Assembly (NCBI GenBank): GCA_951406725.2
Contig: OX597814.1
Coordinates: 12,090,001 to 12,154,000 of the forward strand
DNA: 64,000 nt
From: Octopus vulgaris
Taxonomy: Eukaryota
Direction: 5' to 3'
How positions within the stretch are numbered: position 1 is the stretch's first letter; each line of letters starts with the position of its first letter. Below are positions 49,153 through 63,510 of the stretch, piece after piece. The translations under genes and the position numbers were made by a program. Under the pieces are notes generated by a model that saw only the letters and a list, made by a program, of their open reading frames with translations, did no database searches and was not told the DNA's origin.

Positions 49153-50461
49153 CAAAAGGCGATCATTAAAGATTTCTCCCGACCCACTTCTCAAGGAAGG
49201 ACTGGGATAAGTAAAACTTGGCATGATTATTAGTCCTTCTCTACATAGCCACGACCAATGGTGAGACACTTCTTCCATCGGTTTATGCAGCTGTGAAGAC
49301 CTCGTCTGTAGAAGTCGGTAGGTTGCGTCTGGAGCCAAGACGCAAAATAAGTTCGGAATAAGTTCGGAAATAAGTTCACCATCATCCACAAAGTGCTTTC
49401 CCTTAAAAAAAACAAAACTTCATGGTTGAAAAAAGGGGGAAGTCAGATGGTGCGAGGTTGGAAGAGTAAAGGGAAGGAGGAAGGATTTCATAGCCGCTAG
49501 AGTGTGTTTTCATCTGGGTAACATGCGCATTGTGAACTGGGGCGTTGTCTTGGAGGAGGTAGACTCCTTTGGTTAGCATGCTACGCCTCAGTGCTTTGAT
49601 GGCATCCTGCAATTTCTGCAGCAAAGAAGCATAGTATGCCCTGTTAATAGTGGTACTCTTTGCCTGAAAATCCATCATCATTAACTCCACACTGGTCCCA
49701 AAAGACTGTGGGCATCACCTTGCCTGCTAATGGTCGGACACGAACCTTTTCTGGAGGTGATGAGTTATACTTCCATTGATTCGACTGGACTTTAGTCTCA
49801 GGATTACAGTGATGGACCCATGTTTCATCCTGTGTTATAAGTCTACCGAAAAAGCCCTCCTCGTTTTCTTGGCACATTGCCAAAAAAGCCTACAAGCAAT
49901 TGACTCGTTCCTGCTTCTGAAAAGGTGTGAGCATCTGGGGAATCCATCGTGCAGACAACTTCCGCATGTGCAAATGGTGGTGAAAGATTTTTCCACTGAC
50001 CCTACACTTATCTTCACTTATTGGGGCTTGTTGCCGAATAGTTATGTGGCGATCCTCCAAAATGGCGGCTTCCACTTAATGGATGGTGTCGTCATCAATA
50101 GCGGAACGTGGTCGTCCAGGAATAAGAGCAGTTTCCACCGATGTCCAACCACATTTGAACAGGCGATGCCAGTGCTCGACTACGTCGTATGATGGTGTAT
50201 CGTCACCATAAGCTTCTTTCATCTCATAGAAAGTCTCTTTTGGTGTGCGACCTTTCATGTATAAGAACCTGAGCACCATTCAACTGCTTCGATTATAACA
50301 CCTAAGTCCACTTCAGCAGCCATCAAAGACAAACGAATACTAGTAGAAAGCTGCAATTTACAATGTTACATATAGAAATATGTATGATTATACCGGTACA
50401 AGTTCCGTTTCCTGCAGTAACCAGAAGTGGGTCACAGGAAATCTTTAATGAACACACCTCG
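49153..50461 (-). mobile_element. Full-length (~1.3 kb) decayed mariner transposon; frameshifted transposase pseudogene
   Basis: TIR core TCATTAAAGATTTC...GACCCACTTC at both ends; ORF pieces carry GRP, WIPQML, ITQDETWVHH, LQDNAPVH, YSSNLAPSDF and RWKKC..GYVEKD. Confidence 0.93.
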
Positions 50462-50838
50462 TTGCATTAAATATTCACTTAATAGTATGGAGCCTCTCGA
50501 AGACTGTGTATCAACTGAACTTTTTGAATGGAAATAAATACCACATGCAATATATTCAATGGCAACTTACGTTCTGAGTGTAAATCCTACGAGGGTCCGC
50601 TTTGCTATTGATCCTTCTGGGGTCGATAATAAGTAACGTACTCAACCTCCATATTTTTAGCCTTGCTCTTATGCTAGAAATCAATACACTAAACTCTCTC
50701 GAATGTGGTACTAATATTTTCTGTGATGTCTAGTTATATCCCTTTATATTCTAGGTTCATATTTCACTCTGGGATCGACTGTTGATCAGATCTCTCACGT
50801 GTTTCCTTCCTGTACTGAAGGCGATTTAATCAATAAAA

Positions 50839-51128
50839 CCGTGTAACAAAATTTATATTTTTTTCGTCTTTGGTCAGTAACTGTTAGTTTCTACTTGCTT
50901 GTATCTTGAAATAAAAAGGAAATGATTACTATTCCCTTCAAACTTTGCTTAAAGTAGTAGGGGAGTATCATAGCCACGTGTTGAGAAGGATTCTTTGGGG
51001 TTTGAATAAATGTAACAAAAGCAAAGTTTGAAGGAAATATTAACCATTTTTCATACTTTTAATTGGTAAACAAATAAGAAATATCAGTTGCTACGCAAGG
51101 ACAAATATCGTGAAATTCTGTTACACAG
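50839..51128. mobile_element. Foldback MITE
   Basis: Outer GTGTAACA.AATTT / AAATTCTGTTACAC; inner TATTCCCTTCAAACTTTGCT / AGCAAAGTTTGAAGGAAATA. Confidence 0.65.
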
Positions 51129-51691
51129 TGTTATGTCCTTTCTACAAATTAGTTGTGTTGAGCCAAATTTAAAACTGAATTATTTTGTCCACAGGCAAAG
51201 CATTTCGTCCAAGTCCAATCGGTCTGAATCCACTTTTTAACTGGTATTATATTTCATCAACCCCGAAAGGATGAAAAGTAAAGTTGACCTCACCGTGGTT
51301 TGAACTGAGGTAAAAGACCGTAACTGAATACCGTAAAAAAACATTTTGTTCGACGCTCTCTAACGACTCTGCTTACCTACCGTCTTGATACTGCCAAAAA
51401 TAGCAATAATAAATTTTGGTTGAAGGCCAGTAGGTTCGGGGAAATGTGTAAGTCGATTTATTTCGAACCCAGTGCTAAACCCCCAAACGACGAAAGGCAA
51501 AGTCGATCTCGACGGAATTTGAGTTCAGAATGTAAAGAGGCAAGCATTTTCTCTGATGTACTCACGATTCTGTCAGCTCGTCACATTAAAGTGGCAAATA
51601 ATGTTTTGACTATCGTGTATTCCTAATCAAATAATAACGAGCTCGGTATACTGACCGCTCTATAACCTCCAAACATTGCTCTCTTCATATC

Positions 51692-51733
<42 letters not shown>

Positions 51734-52134
51734 ACACGTTTTATATCTCAAGTCTTATTTATTTTATTACCCTCGTCGTAGTAGTAACAGCAGCGCCTTT
51801 AGTGCTATTTAAGCTCTTCAGTTCTTCGTAGGTCAGTTTGTGTACATAGTCACTGTTTTTGATGTATTCAAAAATATCTGATCCTTAGTCTGTATGTAAC
51901 ATCACGTCTGCAGTTGATATCACGTTTCACACAACTTTTGTATGAGTGGAAGTAACGTCGTCTTTTTTGTTCCCTTTGTGAATAGCGTCAAATCGCCATG
52001 TCCTTCTGTCAAACGCCATCCCGCAGTAATTCATTTCGATTACATTCAGACGCAACAAAGCTAGAAATAATCACAAAAATAGCACCACCACCGCCGTCAC
52101 GAACAGCGACAACAACCATCATGAGCCGACGAAA

Positions 52135-53008
52135 GAACCTCTACGTGGTCACGCGACATGCTAGAAATAGTAGCCAAATTCTATAAAATCATACGTTATT
52201 TGCGAAACGAAAAGAAATGATACATTGGATGATGTAGTCATTTACATGCTTATAAAAAGTTCATGGCTGGAGCGGTTTTGATCATACATGTGTTTAGTGA
52301 AGGCTGATATAAGACTACACAATAGAAAAAAGTAACGTGGAAGTCAACGGCAACGACATATTCTCCACGTGGTTGCGCGAACTGGTAAAAAAATAGCCAA
52401 ATCTACTTCAAATAGCACTCTACCCCCTTAAAAAATATGAAGAGATCAGTGCATAACTAGTCCTAAATTGATATTCTGCCTGAAAGACAACTCAGTGGAA
52501 TGGTCAGATCTGGAAAGCCTTTTCATCAGAGAACTGCTTGATCAGAATTGATCAGCAGTTAAACAACAACCTCCAACAATGGAATCTTCTGTTGATCGCT
52601 TGACTGACTAAAAATAGCTGCAGAATTTCCAACAAATTACACACTGCTACCTTATAAGGGTACAAGACCATGGTCTATTAGAGAGTAAGACTCACAATCA
52701 TAGTCTTAGTTTCGTTTCCAAGTCCGTGTGGCGTGTTGTGTCTTTGAGCAAACAATTCATTTCATGTTATTTGATTCCTCTCAGCTGAAAATGGGTACCA
52801 GCAAGAGTTGGGGTTAAGCCTGCGGCGAAGTGGGCCTTCCGTTCAGGCTCTCGGTCGTTTATACGCCACAAAGAGCAGAATAAACTCTGACTTAAAAAAA
52901 ACAAACAAACAAAAACGAATATATAGACGGGATGTTCATGGTTGGAATAATTATGACCGTAGATCTTCTCATTCAGAGCTCACCGTGAGTCTAATAAGTA
53001 ACAATAGT
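52135..53008 (+). repeat. Three tandem degenerate family F units; third split by a decayed SINE (~52670-52890)
   Basis: Units start at ~52135, 52361 and 52583 with ACGTGGT..CG.....AAATAG..GC.AAT-like motifs. Confidence 0.55.
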
Positions 53009-53624
53009 AGTCCTAATTATAATAGAACTTAATCATAATGGAGTAAGTATATCTATATATGTAAAGGAAACAGACTAGACGCTCAGTAGAGATAGTAAGC
53101 ATTGATAAAGTAAAATTGTCAACGAAATACATTATGAGGCAATTTGTAAAGCTATTTTGACACCAAAAGATATACACACATATATATATATGCGAGTATG
53201 TGTGTGTACATAGAAAACATAGTTTAGATTACTTGAAAAATGTAACGCACAAAAAAAAGTTATTTTTGTTTTTAAAAACTTTAGCTTTGGAGATGAGATG
53301 ATATAAAAATATCTTGCTGCTCTCTTACGTAAGCAGAAAAGAATCTTCATATACATCTGTCTCGGGATAATTGTTCCACTTCAAAGATGTACCACTATTC
53401 TGTTTTTCGGCTATCCACAAAACTGTGAGTGAATGAATAAATATATCTATCTATCTATACCACGATTTTGAGTAAGTTTGTCTACTAAATCCAGTCTCAC
53501 GGTATAACTCAGAAATATATCAGAAAATATTTGCTAACTTGCCGGCCACGAATGAGGATCGAACCAAGAAAGAAGTGGTCGAGGACGAAATTTTAACTCA
53601 CAGTTATGTTCTCTGTCTCCCCAC

Positions 53625-53634
53625 TTTATCTATA

Positions 53635-53690
<56 letters not shown>
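53625..53690. repeat. (TATC)n microsatellite
   Basis: Directly visible. Confidence 0.95.
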
Positions 53691-54334
53691 CATGTGACCG
53701 TGTCTGTTTACACATACAACCGTGCGAACACACATTCATTCACCAATCCATACATACGTACCATAGATACATTCATACACACTTTATTATAAGTGTGTGC
53801 GTGAGAGAAAGCGGACACAGCAGTAAATTTATAGCTTTGTGAATGAAATTAGTCTATATATAACATTACTTCCCACTGAAAATTAGAATTGCTGCTGGTT
53901 AAAATAATTATAATAACAATAATAATAATAATAACAATAATAATAGCAATAATAATAATCAGAAAGTCACTGTAGCAAAAACAATGGCAGATATGTATGC
54001 AATTATTCATATATATTTTTCAATGTTCGTGAGAAAAAAAAAAAATGTCCACTTCATAACATTAAATTGTTCACGCGTAAAAAATAAAAAGAGAAAAGCA
54101 TCCAATAAAAAGAGATAAGAATATTGAATGAATATTAAATTACATTATGTATGCATGCATTACACACACACATACGAGCAGATATAAATATATTCATATA
54201 AGTAAATATACATGCATACACGTATATACAAACGTATAAATATACATACATAAATATATATGTACATATACATATAGTATACTATATCACACACACACTT
54301 ATGGTTTCGATCTCGTGTGCATAAAATCCACATC

Positions 54335-54712
54335 TTTTATCTGTTTCGATCATTAGACTGTGGTTATGCAGGGGCACCAATTTAAAGGATTTTAGTTGAA
54401 CGAATCGACCCCAATACTTATTTTTTTAAAGCATGGAACTTATGCCATTGGTCTCATTTGCTGAACCGTTAAATCATGGGGATGCAAATACACCAACACC
54501 GGTTGTCAAGCGGTGGTAGTGGGGACAAACATAGACCCAAAGACACACACACGAGGGTCTTCTTTCAGTTTCCGCCAATCAAATCCAGTCACATGACATT
54601 GGTCTGTTCGGAGATATAGTAGAAGACACATGCCTAACGTGCCTCGCAGTAGCGCGAACCCAGAACCATGTTGTAAGGAAACAAACTTCTTACCACAGAG
54701 CAACTCCAGCGC
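54335..54712 (-). mobile_element. SINE family A (degenerate)
   Basis: GGTTGTCAAGCG, TTCTTTCAGTTTCCG and CTTCTTACCACA motifs. Confidence 0.8.
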
Positions 54713-54740
54713 ATATTTAAAAATATCGAAATATCTTAGA

Positions 54741-55048
54741 GTGGAGGCGCAATGGCCCAGTGGTTAGGACAGCGGACTCGCGGTCGGAGGAGCGCGGTTT
54801 CGATTCCCAGACCGGGCGTTGTGTGTGTTTATTGAGCAAAAACACCTAAAGCTCCACGAGGCTCTGGCAGGGGATGGTGGCGACCCCGGTTGTACTCTTT
54901 CGTCACAACTTTCTCTCACTCTCTCTTCCTGTTTCTTGAGTAACGCTGCAATGGACTGGCGTCCCGTCCAGCTGGGGGAACACATACGCCATAGAAACCA
55001 GGAAACCGGGCTCATGAGCCTGGCTAGGCTTGAAAATGGCACATAAAA
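54741..55048 (+). mobile_element. Chimeric SINE: family C head/body with family E tail
   Basis: 54741-54935 matches 1948-2142; tail CTGCAATGGACTGGCGTCCCGTCCAG...GGAAACCGG matches 58966-59025; TSD AAATATCTTAGA (54729-54740, 55049-55060). Confidence 0.88.
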
Positions 55049-55509
55049 AAATATCTTAGAACTATAAGCAAATTTAGACTTGAAGCGTTGATGAAATAAA
55101 ATACGTTTTAAAACTTCCATGGCATTTGAAACTGCATTTTAACTGTCTGAGATATTTCTTAAACGAGTTATTTTTATAACGATGCCGTTCCAAAGAATGA
55201 TGTGTATGTATTTTGTGATACCCCGAAGTAGCTGCTTGATATGCCTATGCAACATACCACAAGACGTCGCAGAGTTTGGTAGATGATCCGGAAGGAAATA
55301 GTATATTGTAAGAGGCAGCAGTTTCACATTCTTTAAACAAGATGAAGACCACCTTGCTATCATTTTCTTCACCTGTTTCCCATCCGATTCTCGGCAACTG
55401 TAGCATAATCACTAGAAGAGATATTAGCAGAAACAGTGCGCCAAACGGAACAAGAGTAAAAGACCTACACCTAGAATTTACCTTTGCTATATACAACTAA
55501 ACATTTATC

Positions 55510-55900
55510 CTTTTTGTAAATATTGCTCAATGCATGTTTGGCATGGTTTGATCTAAGGGGGCTACCAGCTCTATGACTAAGTGCTATAGCAACTCTCAGT
55601 CGAGTGATATTTTTTAGGAAACCAGTTATGACACTGAAATATCTACTGGAAAAATATTTCCATTAAAACAATTGATCTTGATTTCTGATAATTGAAATAG
55701 CTTATATAAGCACCAGGCAATTGTTAACACTAACTTGGGAGATATAGTTTATTCTGATACATCTGGTGGAACAGGTAAAACTATTCATTTCTTTAGTTTT
55801 AGCAAAAAGTTGTTTCATCTAAGCTCATTAGTATTGCAGTGACTTAACCTGGAATTACTATAATTTATCAACAGGTGGCAAGACCGCTCCTACTATTTTT
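55510..55900 (+). pseudogene. Decayed Helitron RepHel Pif1-helicase fragment
   Basis: DTSGGTGKTI (Walker A, cf. DAPGGTGKTF), then ISIAVT*PGI..TGGKTAPT (cf. AVASSGIAA.LL.GGRTAHS). Confidence 0.7.
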
Positions 55901-56262
55901 GAAATAGTCAATCTGAAGTGCACAGTATGGTAGTTCTGTGCTCGATATTGGTAAAGGGTTAGGACAAGGAGAGATTCTGAAGCAGGTGAAGCCGAAAATA
56001 TGAAATGTATATGCAATGTCTCGCAGATGTGCATTTGAAACTTCTGAACGCATCTTAGTAGCTGCTCGCAGATGTAACGCTTTCATCCATAGTATAGATG
56101 GAATAAATGAGGAACCAACTCTCAGCTTGTGCCTGTAGGCTGAAGAACCCAACTGGGGGAAAGCATTCGCACTTGGCATAATCTGGATTCTGTGAAGTTC
56201 CTAAATTAGCTCTAATCGGTTGTCTCCATGTGACAACGCTTCGTTCCATTTCCTTCTATATC

Positions 56263-56488
56263 TCTCTTTATTCTTTCATTCTTTTACTTGCTTCAGTCAT
56301 TTAACTGCGGCCATGCTGGAGCACCGCCTTTAGTCGAGCAAATCGACCCCAGGACTTATTCTTTGTAAGACTAGTACTTATTTTATCGGTCTCTTTTGGC
56401 GAACCGCTTAGTGACGGGGACGTATACACACCAGCATCGGTTGTCAAGCGATGTTGGGGAACAAACACAGACACACAGAAATACACAG

Positions 56489-56523
<35 letters not shown>

Positions 56524-56668
56524 CACACACACATATATATGCGACAGGCTTCTTTCAGTTTCCGTCTACCAAATCCACTCACAAGGCTTTGGTCGGCCCG
56601 AAGCAGTGGGACAGAACCCAGAACCATGTAGTTGGTAAGCAAGCTACTTACCACACAGCCACTCCTGC
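56263..56668 (-). mobile_element. SINE family A
   Basis: Family A on minus strand with an internal deletion. Confidence 0.9.
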
Positions 56669-58204
56669 TGGTACTTGTTTTCGAATTTGTTTGCTTGTAA
56701 AAACCTACCGTTGTTTTGCAATTTGAGCTTATATCATCTGATCCGTCGCTGTCTTATTGAATAATGAAATCTTCTACTTCTACATCACCATCATGGCGCT
56801 GACGGTAATGGAGTAGCATTGCAACTACCATCACCATCATAGTTACACTTTTTTAATGTTCTGAATTCGAATTCCACCAAGGTCAACTTGAATTTTTATG
56901 ATTTGGGTTGATAAAATATGCAGAAACTACGTTCTAATGACGATTATATCGACAATAACCTTTTCCCTAAATTTGTTGACTTTTGCCAATGTTAGGAATT
57001 ATTATTGGTATAAAAATACTCGAAGTTATTTTAAAGTTAATTTGATAGTATGTAAACAAATTTGCTTCAAGTTCCGATATTTTGCTAATTAGTAAATGCT
57101 GTTGGTTACCATGTGAATTATAATAGTATTAAAGGCCACCATCATTAACATGTTGATAATTAGTGTCGTCTAGAATCTCTTTTCTCAAAGGTTTTAGGTT
57201 GAACAAATCTGTTTATATTTCCTGCCAATTCCATGTTAGTCCCTTAACCCAAGACATATTCAGTGAGATCTACTGTCCGTATTTGTTCTTCACAGTATCA
57301 ACAGCAGTATACACACTCACATGTACACACAAGGTTTTCTTCTTATTCAATTTATTTTTGTTGCTAAACGGTATCTGGCTGTTGGGAGATTATGGAGTTC
57401 GTTTATTTGCAAGTGTCATGGTGAGGTCTCCAGTAACACATTAACATAAGTCCAAATATTAATATGCAACTTCTGGTTACATATATCATGGCTTAAATCC
57501 TCTACAAATCTTGGAGGCTCTGCAAATGCCAAGTGTTGCCCTTTCTTCATCGACTGAGCCATAACACTAAACAAAAAGGAACTAATCGGTATAGCATTGC
57601 TCAAGAAATGCTACTTCGTAGAGCTGTGCGCATCACATACCTTTTTACATTAAAGGTTTAGCATATACACCTCAGACAACTTTACACTTCATAATTCTGT
57701 AGATAAAGCATATTTTCCTAGTGTGTCGTGACACATATTGCAGATTGGATGGTTTCTCATTACTAATTTTGGTTTTGCTCGAAGGTAGATTAAACTATTT
57801 TGACCTACTGGAAAAAAGGATGTTGGAATTCAAGAGGCTCAAAGTTATTTTGACTAAATTTAGCAAAAACAAAATTTTATAAGATCATTTCTAGTCAGGC
57901 CAGAAGTATAAAAAAAATAAACTCGCCCTTTCTTCAACTTGAACAGAATATAGCACACTCTAACCAATAAATATTCTTTTGCTATGCTACCATTCTAATT
58001 CCTTTTCATCACCATGTCTCCAGAGTGCATTCATATGACTAGTGTGACAGCTTTGCTGTTTAAGGAATTTCGTTAGACTTTGCCAGATATCCCAAGAGGA
58101 TCAGAGGTTAACAAATTGAATGCTTGGATTAAGCTTTATACCTAGTTACATAGCCAACAATTTTCAGTTGGGAACTACTAATATCCATGTTTACAATTAG
58201 GAAG

Positions 58205-58235
<31 letters not shown>

Positions 58236-58262
58236 TACACACACACACAGACACAGACACAG

Positions 58263-58332
<70 letters not shown>
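58205..58332. repeat. (CT)n(CA)n microsatellite
   Basis: Directly visible. Confidence 0.95.
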
Positions 58333-58336
<4 letters not shown>

Positions 58337-58819
58337 TGGTGAATTAAGTTTTTGAATGTTGATAGTTGTAAGGTCAGCCCTGCTCAAGTAGATATATTTC
58401 CAAGAATATTTCAAATGTGACTCTCTTGCCTTTTTTTGTTGTTGTATGTTTAGAACTACATCATCCAGTGTAAAATGAGAGAGAATTGCCTGCTATTTCT
58501 AGCGGGCTGAACGACCTTTCATCGGTGGGGAATAAAGTCACATATGTCGAAACTTTTAGAGTTTGACATTGCGCAGAAAAACTATGCAGTAAAGATCAGT
58601 GATAACTTGTTCATCTTAGACGCTGTTTAGTCCCATGTCAGTGGTGATTGAAAGCAGTCCAGTCGTGACCCTCACTATCTTTGTTTAACCAGCACTACAC
58701 CGTCCAACGATGTTTTTTTTTTAAGACTGTGAGCTCTGATATACGAGGGAAATGTGCCTGCTATTTCTAACAAGTCATGCATCTACATAGATTTTAATTA
58801 GATGTATCCCGACGGCATG

Positions 58820-59066
58820 AGGAGGCGCGTGGCTTAGTGGTTAGGGTGTTGGACTCATGGTCATAAGATTACGATTTCGATTCTTGGACCGGGCGACGCG
58901 TTGTTTTCTTGAGCAAAACAGTAATTTCACGATGCTCCGATCTACTCAACTGGCAAAAATGAGTAATCCTGCGACGGACCAGTATCCCATCCAGGCGGGG
59001 GAATATATACACCGGGAAACCGGCTCTTATGGGTCGGCATGACTCGAAAGGGTAACTTTACCTTTT
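58820..59066 (+). mobile_element. tRNA-derived SINE, family E
   Basis: A-box TGGCTTAGTGG, B-box-like TTCGATTC, core TTGAGCAAAAC..ACTCA.CTGGCAAAAATGAGT, tail CCTGCGACGGACCAGTATCCCATCCAGG ending ACTTTACCTTT. Confidence 0.8.
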
Positions 59067-60432
59067 TGCCAATAGCGTACTCATTTATGTAAGTAGAAAA
59101 AGCCTGTAGTATTTAAGGAGCGAAAAGCTGGGTTAGTGTTAAAGAGGTGCCAAGTACTTGAGGACGCCGCGTCAAAGGGTTAAAATATGAAAATAATAAA
59201 TAAAATGATGTAGAGGGTTTGTTGGACACAGCGTGAGACGATTGTTGTTATCGCTAGGCCTAACTCATCGTAAAGTCAATACCACCATGACTGATATCCA
59301 ATCTACAGTGGAGAAGGCTAGCCACTGGATTTGGTTAAGAAGAGACGATGAGCGATGGCTAGAAGTATATTGAGTTCTTCATAACCAGCTGATCTAGCAA
59401 GCGAGGCCTCATATCAGTGAGGGGGGCCGGTGCGCATTGATGCCGTCGAGAGGTAGGCCCCGAAACGGCGCGCATTCTCTCCTGATGACCCCATACACTT
59501 GCTAGCTTCCGGTATACGGAGCTTTTAACTGGTAGCACTTGCATGTGCAAGTTGTTTGCACGATATAACAAAATGTGAAATTCCTTGCAGTTTCGTGTAA
59601 TTGACAAATGATTAACGACACTATTCGAATCTTTTTCTCAGGCTGTGGTGATATCTGTAAAAAATACAGTGTGTTGAGATGATAGCCAGTAATGTAGGTA
59701 CGAGTTTTCTTTTTATAAATTAAGTACCCGTAATTGTACTGGGTTTAGTTTAATCGAATCTGCCTATTTTATACATGTTTTAATTACAGAGGGGAAGGAA
59801 ACGGACGAATGAATTAACGAGTGTCTTAGATATGAATTGTGCATAGCACCAGAAAAATGAGTGTCCTAATTCCTAAAGGACACACACACACATACATACC
59901 GCTGTTTTACTTCCTGTCTCTTGGCTTAAAGTGACTGAGGGATAAAACTCGTATCCCGACAGCTAGGTGACCTAAGACATAGAATTAAGTGCAGTCTACA
60001 AAAAAAAAAAAAACCCCAAAAACAAACAAACAAAAAACCCTAAAAACAAATGGGTCTTTAAAATTCGTAGTTTATCATCAGATAGATCATTACAGGAAGA
60101 CCACATACAATCTTCCGTTTCTTTTCTAAACAGTACTGTAAACCAGTTTCGAACTAGTAATTCATGGTCTGATAGTAGAACACGACTGAATCAGCTGCGA
60201 CACTTGAAAATGACAATATTTTACATAATGTCTCTGTTTAAAAATAGTGTAGAAACTGTTATGGGAAATACTTAGAAATTGTGTTAGAAATGTAAAAATA
60301 ACATTAGCCAGAGCACATATCGTCTCTGGTGAAGTTGTATATCTAATTAAGTCTAATTACGTAAACAAGTTGATACGTTTGTACTAGACATTCCCTCACT
60401 TTCTATCTACATAAGGACATAAGTATATACAT

Positions 60433-60473
<41 letters not shown>

Positions 60474-60703
60474 TTCATACGCACACACAATGTGTATATG
60501 TTTCAAGTACACCAAGCGGACATGTGTATGCAAACACATTCAAGCACACTGCTAACACACAAATATACATTCGTATATTTTGCTTACACGTTCAGCCAGA
60601 AAATACTGATGCTTACAAATTCATTCACATATTTCAAAATGAGCTTCGTGTACGTATCAGTAACTCTCTCTCTCTCTCTCTCTCTCTTCCTAATTCTCTC
60701 TTC

Positions 60704-60749
<46 letters not shown>

Positions 60750-60885
60750 AATATCTGTCAATCTATCCCCTCTAATAAACACACACATACACATGGCTGC
60801 TGTAGACCCTTCAAGAGCTACGTGATTTGTATCAAGATACTTAATGCCAAAGCACGAATAAGTAAGCCATTGAAACATATATGTA

Positions 60886-60955
<70 letters not shown>

Positions 60956-61508
60956 GTAAGTTTATTTATTCCTTTTCTTAATAGCAGACCATAAGGTGCC
61001 TAAGCCTCCAAGTTTTCCCTACCCTAAACTTCTGCAGTTTGCCAAAAGTCGATACAGACTGGCACCTGTGCCATCAGAACGCAAAGATTCGGAACTGATT
61101 ACCGCGAGGCTTTCCATTCGACGCTCTAATAATTCCATCAATCCATCATTCCAAGACTATCCTACGCTCCAACGACCCTACTACTTCACCGCCTTAATAC
61201 ATATAATTACGCACTCAAATATACATACACACACTTGAAATATGTAAACGAATTTATGAGTAGTAATATATCCTACTTGTAAACGTGTAAAAAGGATATG
61301 GACGAGTGTGTGTATGTGTATGAGTGTGTGTGTGTAAAGGTTCTTTTGGCTCGTTGTGTACATATAGTGTATGTTTACTTGGGGTGCTTCACAGATAATG
61401 ATTTATGTAATATATATATAATTTGCAAGTGTGTGTGTGTGTGTATACATATATATATGTATGTGTGTGTGTTTATGTATACATGTATGCACACACACAC
61501 ACACACAC

Positions 61509-61899
61509 ATTCTTTTACTGGTTTCAGTCGTTTGATTGCGGCCATGCTGGAGCACTGCCTTAAAAGATTCTTTAGTCAAAGAAATCGACCCCAGGATTTA
61601 TTCTTTGTAAGCTTAGTGCCTATTCTATCGGTCTCCTTTGCCGAACCATTAAGTTACCAGCATCAGTTCTCAAGCGATGGTGGGAAATGAAAAACAAAGA
61701 TTCACAGACATAAATACACACACGCACAAATTATATATATGTGCAACAGACTTCTTTCAGTTTCCCCTCTACCAAATCCACTCACAAAGATTTGGACGGC
61801 CCGAGGCAATAGTAGAAGATACTCACCCATGGTGCCACGCAGTGGGAGTGAACCCGGAACCATGTGGTTGGGAAGTAAGCTTCTTACCACACAGCCACG
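61509..61899 (-). mobile_element. SINE family A (diverged)
   Basis: Family A motifs on minus strand. Confidence 0.85.
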
Positions 61900-62789
61900 G
61901 ATTCAGTACAAACTCAGAAATGGCTAGATACCGTAACATCGAGTTCACAATGGGGCAAACAATAATCCAATTTAAACTGTAGATCTGATTGGTGTTTGTT
62001 TCTGGTGTGGAAAAATTTATGACAGCTGTTTCAGTAGAATTTCATGGCTGTATTCATCGATTACACTTTAACATATAACCCACCATCTTCAGGTAGATGT
62101 TAAACAGGCGAGATTTCATACATCAAGCATGGCGAATTCAGCGTTGTTGGATATATAAAAATATATTGGAAAAATAAGGATAAACTCAGGTTTATATTAA
62201 AGTTCCTCCGTGTGTTTCGCCATTATGTTTGCTTGGAACCCTGCGATAGAAGTTCCAAATGCATATAGATGCTCAATCAAAACGGATGCTCAGGGAACAC
62301 TTGATTGTACTAAGTTACGAATAACTCGCACTCACACTCATACACAAAGAGCCTGAGGCTGTGGCCATGCTTTTGCACTGCCATTGGTATGACTTTTACC
62401 GTAGTTTAATTCCATGACTACCTCTGAATAGTTGGTTACAGCAGTAAGGGAGTTGGATATCATCACCCTCGTTTGTGTTTCTCACCGTGGTGTGGCTCAC
62501 TTAACATTTTAAAACTATTGTTTATGTGTTTTTTAAATACATTCACATCTCTACCTTGCAGATCTCTAACGCATATTGGCAAGGTATTGGAAAGCTGCGA
62601 AAGCTGTATACATTTGAACCTTAAGCTGTTATAGAGTCTGGTCCTTGAGATGGTGTGTGTGGGACCGTTGGTACTACGTAGCGGCATCCAATTAAGTATT
62701 GATACAGATCGGTCCTTAAGATGGTGAGTGTGGGACCGTTGGTAGTACTTTGCGGCATCCGATTAGGTGTTGATACATCTTAAAAGCTT

Positions 62790-63005
62790 TAAGATGGCGA
62801 GCTGGTAGAATCGTTATCTCACCGGGCTAAATGCTTAGCGGCATTTTGTCCGTCTTAACGGTCTGAGTTCAAATTCCGCTGAAGTCGACTTTACCTTTCA
62901 TCCTTTCGAGGTCAATAAAATAAGTACCAGTTGAATATTAGGGTCGATGTAATCGACCTAACTCCTTTCCCAAAACTGCTGGCCTTGTATCATAAATTGA
63001 AACCG
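62790..63005 (+). mobile_element. SINE family B
   Basis: GGCGAGCTGGTAGAATCG..GAGTTCAAATTCC..GGGTCGATGTAATCGAC. Confidence 0.88.
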
Positions 63006-63510
63006 ATATAACTTACAGTCTCAAAATCTGACGCTCGACTATCAAATATTTATATTTTCCCCGTGTGTGTATGTGTGTTACAGCATATATTTCCCGATTT
63101 CGCTCTAGTGAGTAGAACCCCAGTTCTTTTAGCCTTTCCTAGTGACTCATCCGTTGCACTGAGGAACTCTTGATATAATAAAACCAGATTGCTTCGAGCT
63201 CTGCTACTAGTTTGACGTCATATGAAGTCTATTATTGAGAGCAGTAGTCTAGGTGACTGAGAACAGAATGGGCTTCACAGACTACCTTCATTTCTTTTGT
63301 AGTTAACCTGAATGATCTCAGGATCCAACCAGCCAATCGCTTGCACCATTGCTTCCATCTTAGTTGATATGCCAATGGAATGGTGCAACATTGCCCATAT
63401 CGATTTACATATGGCACAGTGATCGCGATTCTGGAATTACAATAACGTTTGGCCCTGTGTGTTCTGGTTGACTAATAGTAGCGCCTTTGAAGTTTTACAG
63501 CATCGAACTA

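Noticed and set aside
49230-50279. Active or domesticated mariner transposase (SETMAR-like)
   Set aside because: Split over at least five ORF pieces by frameshifts and stops; no SET domain; TIRs degraded.
57130-58080. Coding-like non-repetitive stretch
   Set aside because: No long ORF, recognisable motif or convincing splice pair; probably an old TE relic, left unassigned.
59430-59475. Hammerhead-like GUGCGC-A-UUGAUGC...CGAAAC-GGC-GCGCAU
   Set aside because: Stem I pairs, but the core has several non-compensatory changes, stem II does not form and the NUH triplet is absent.
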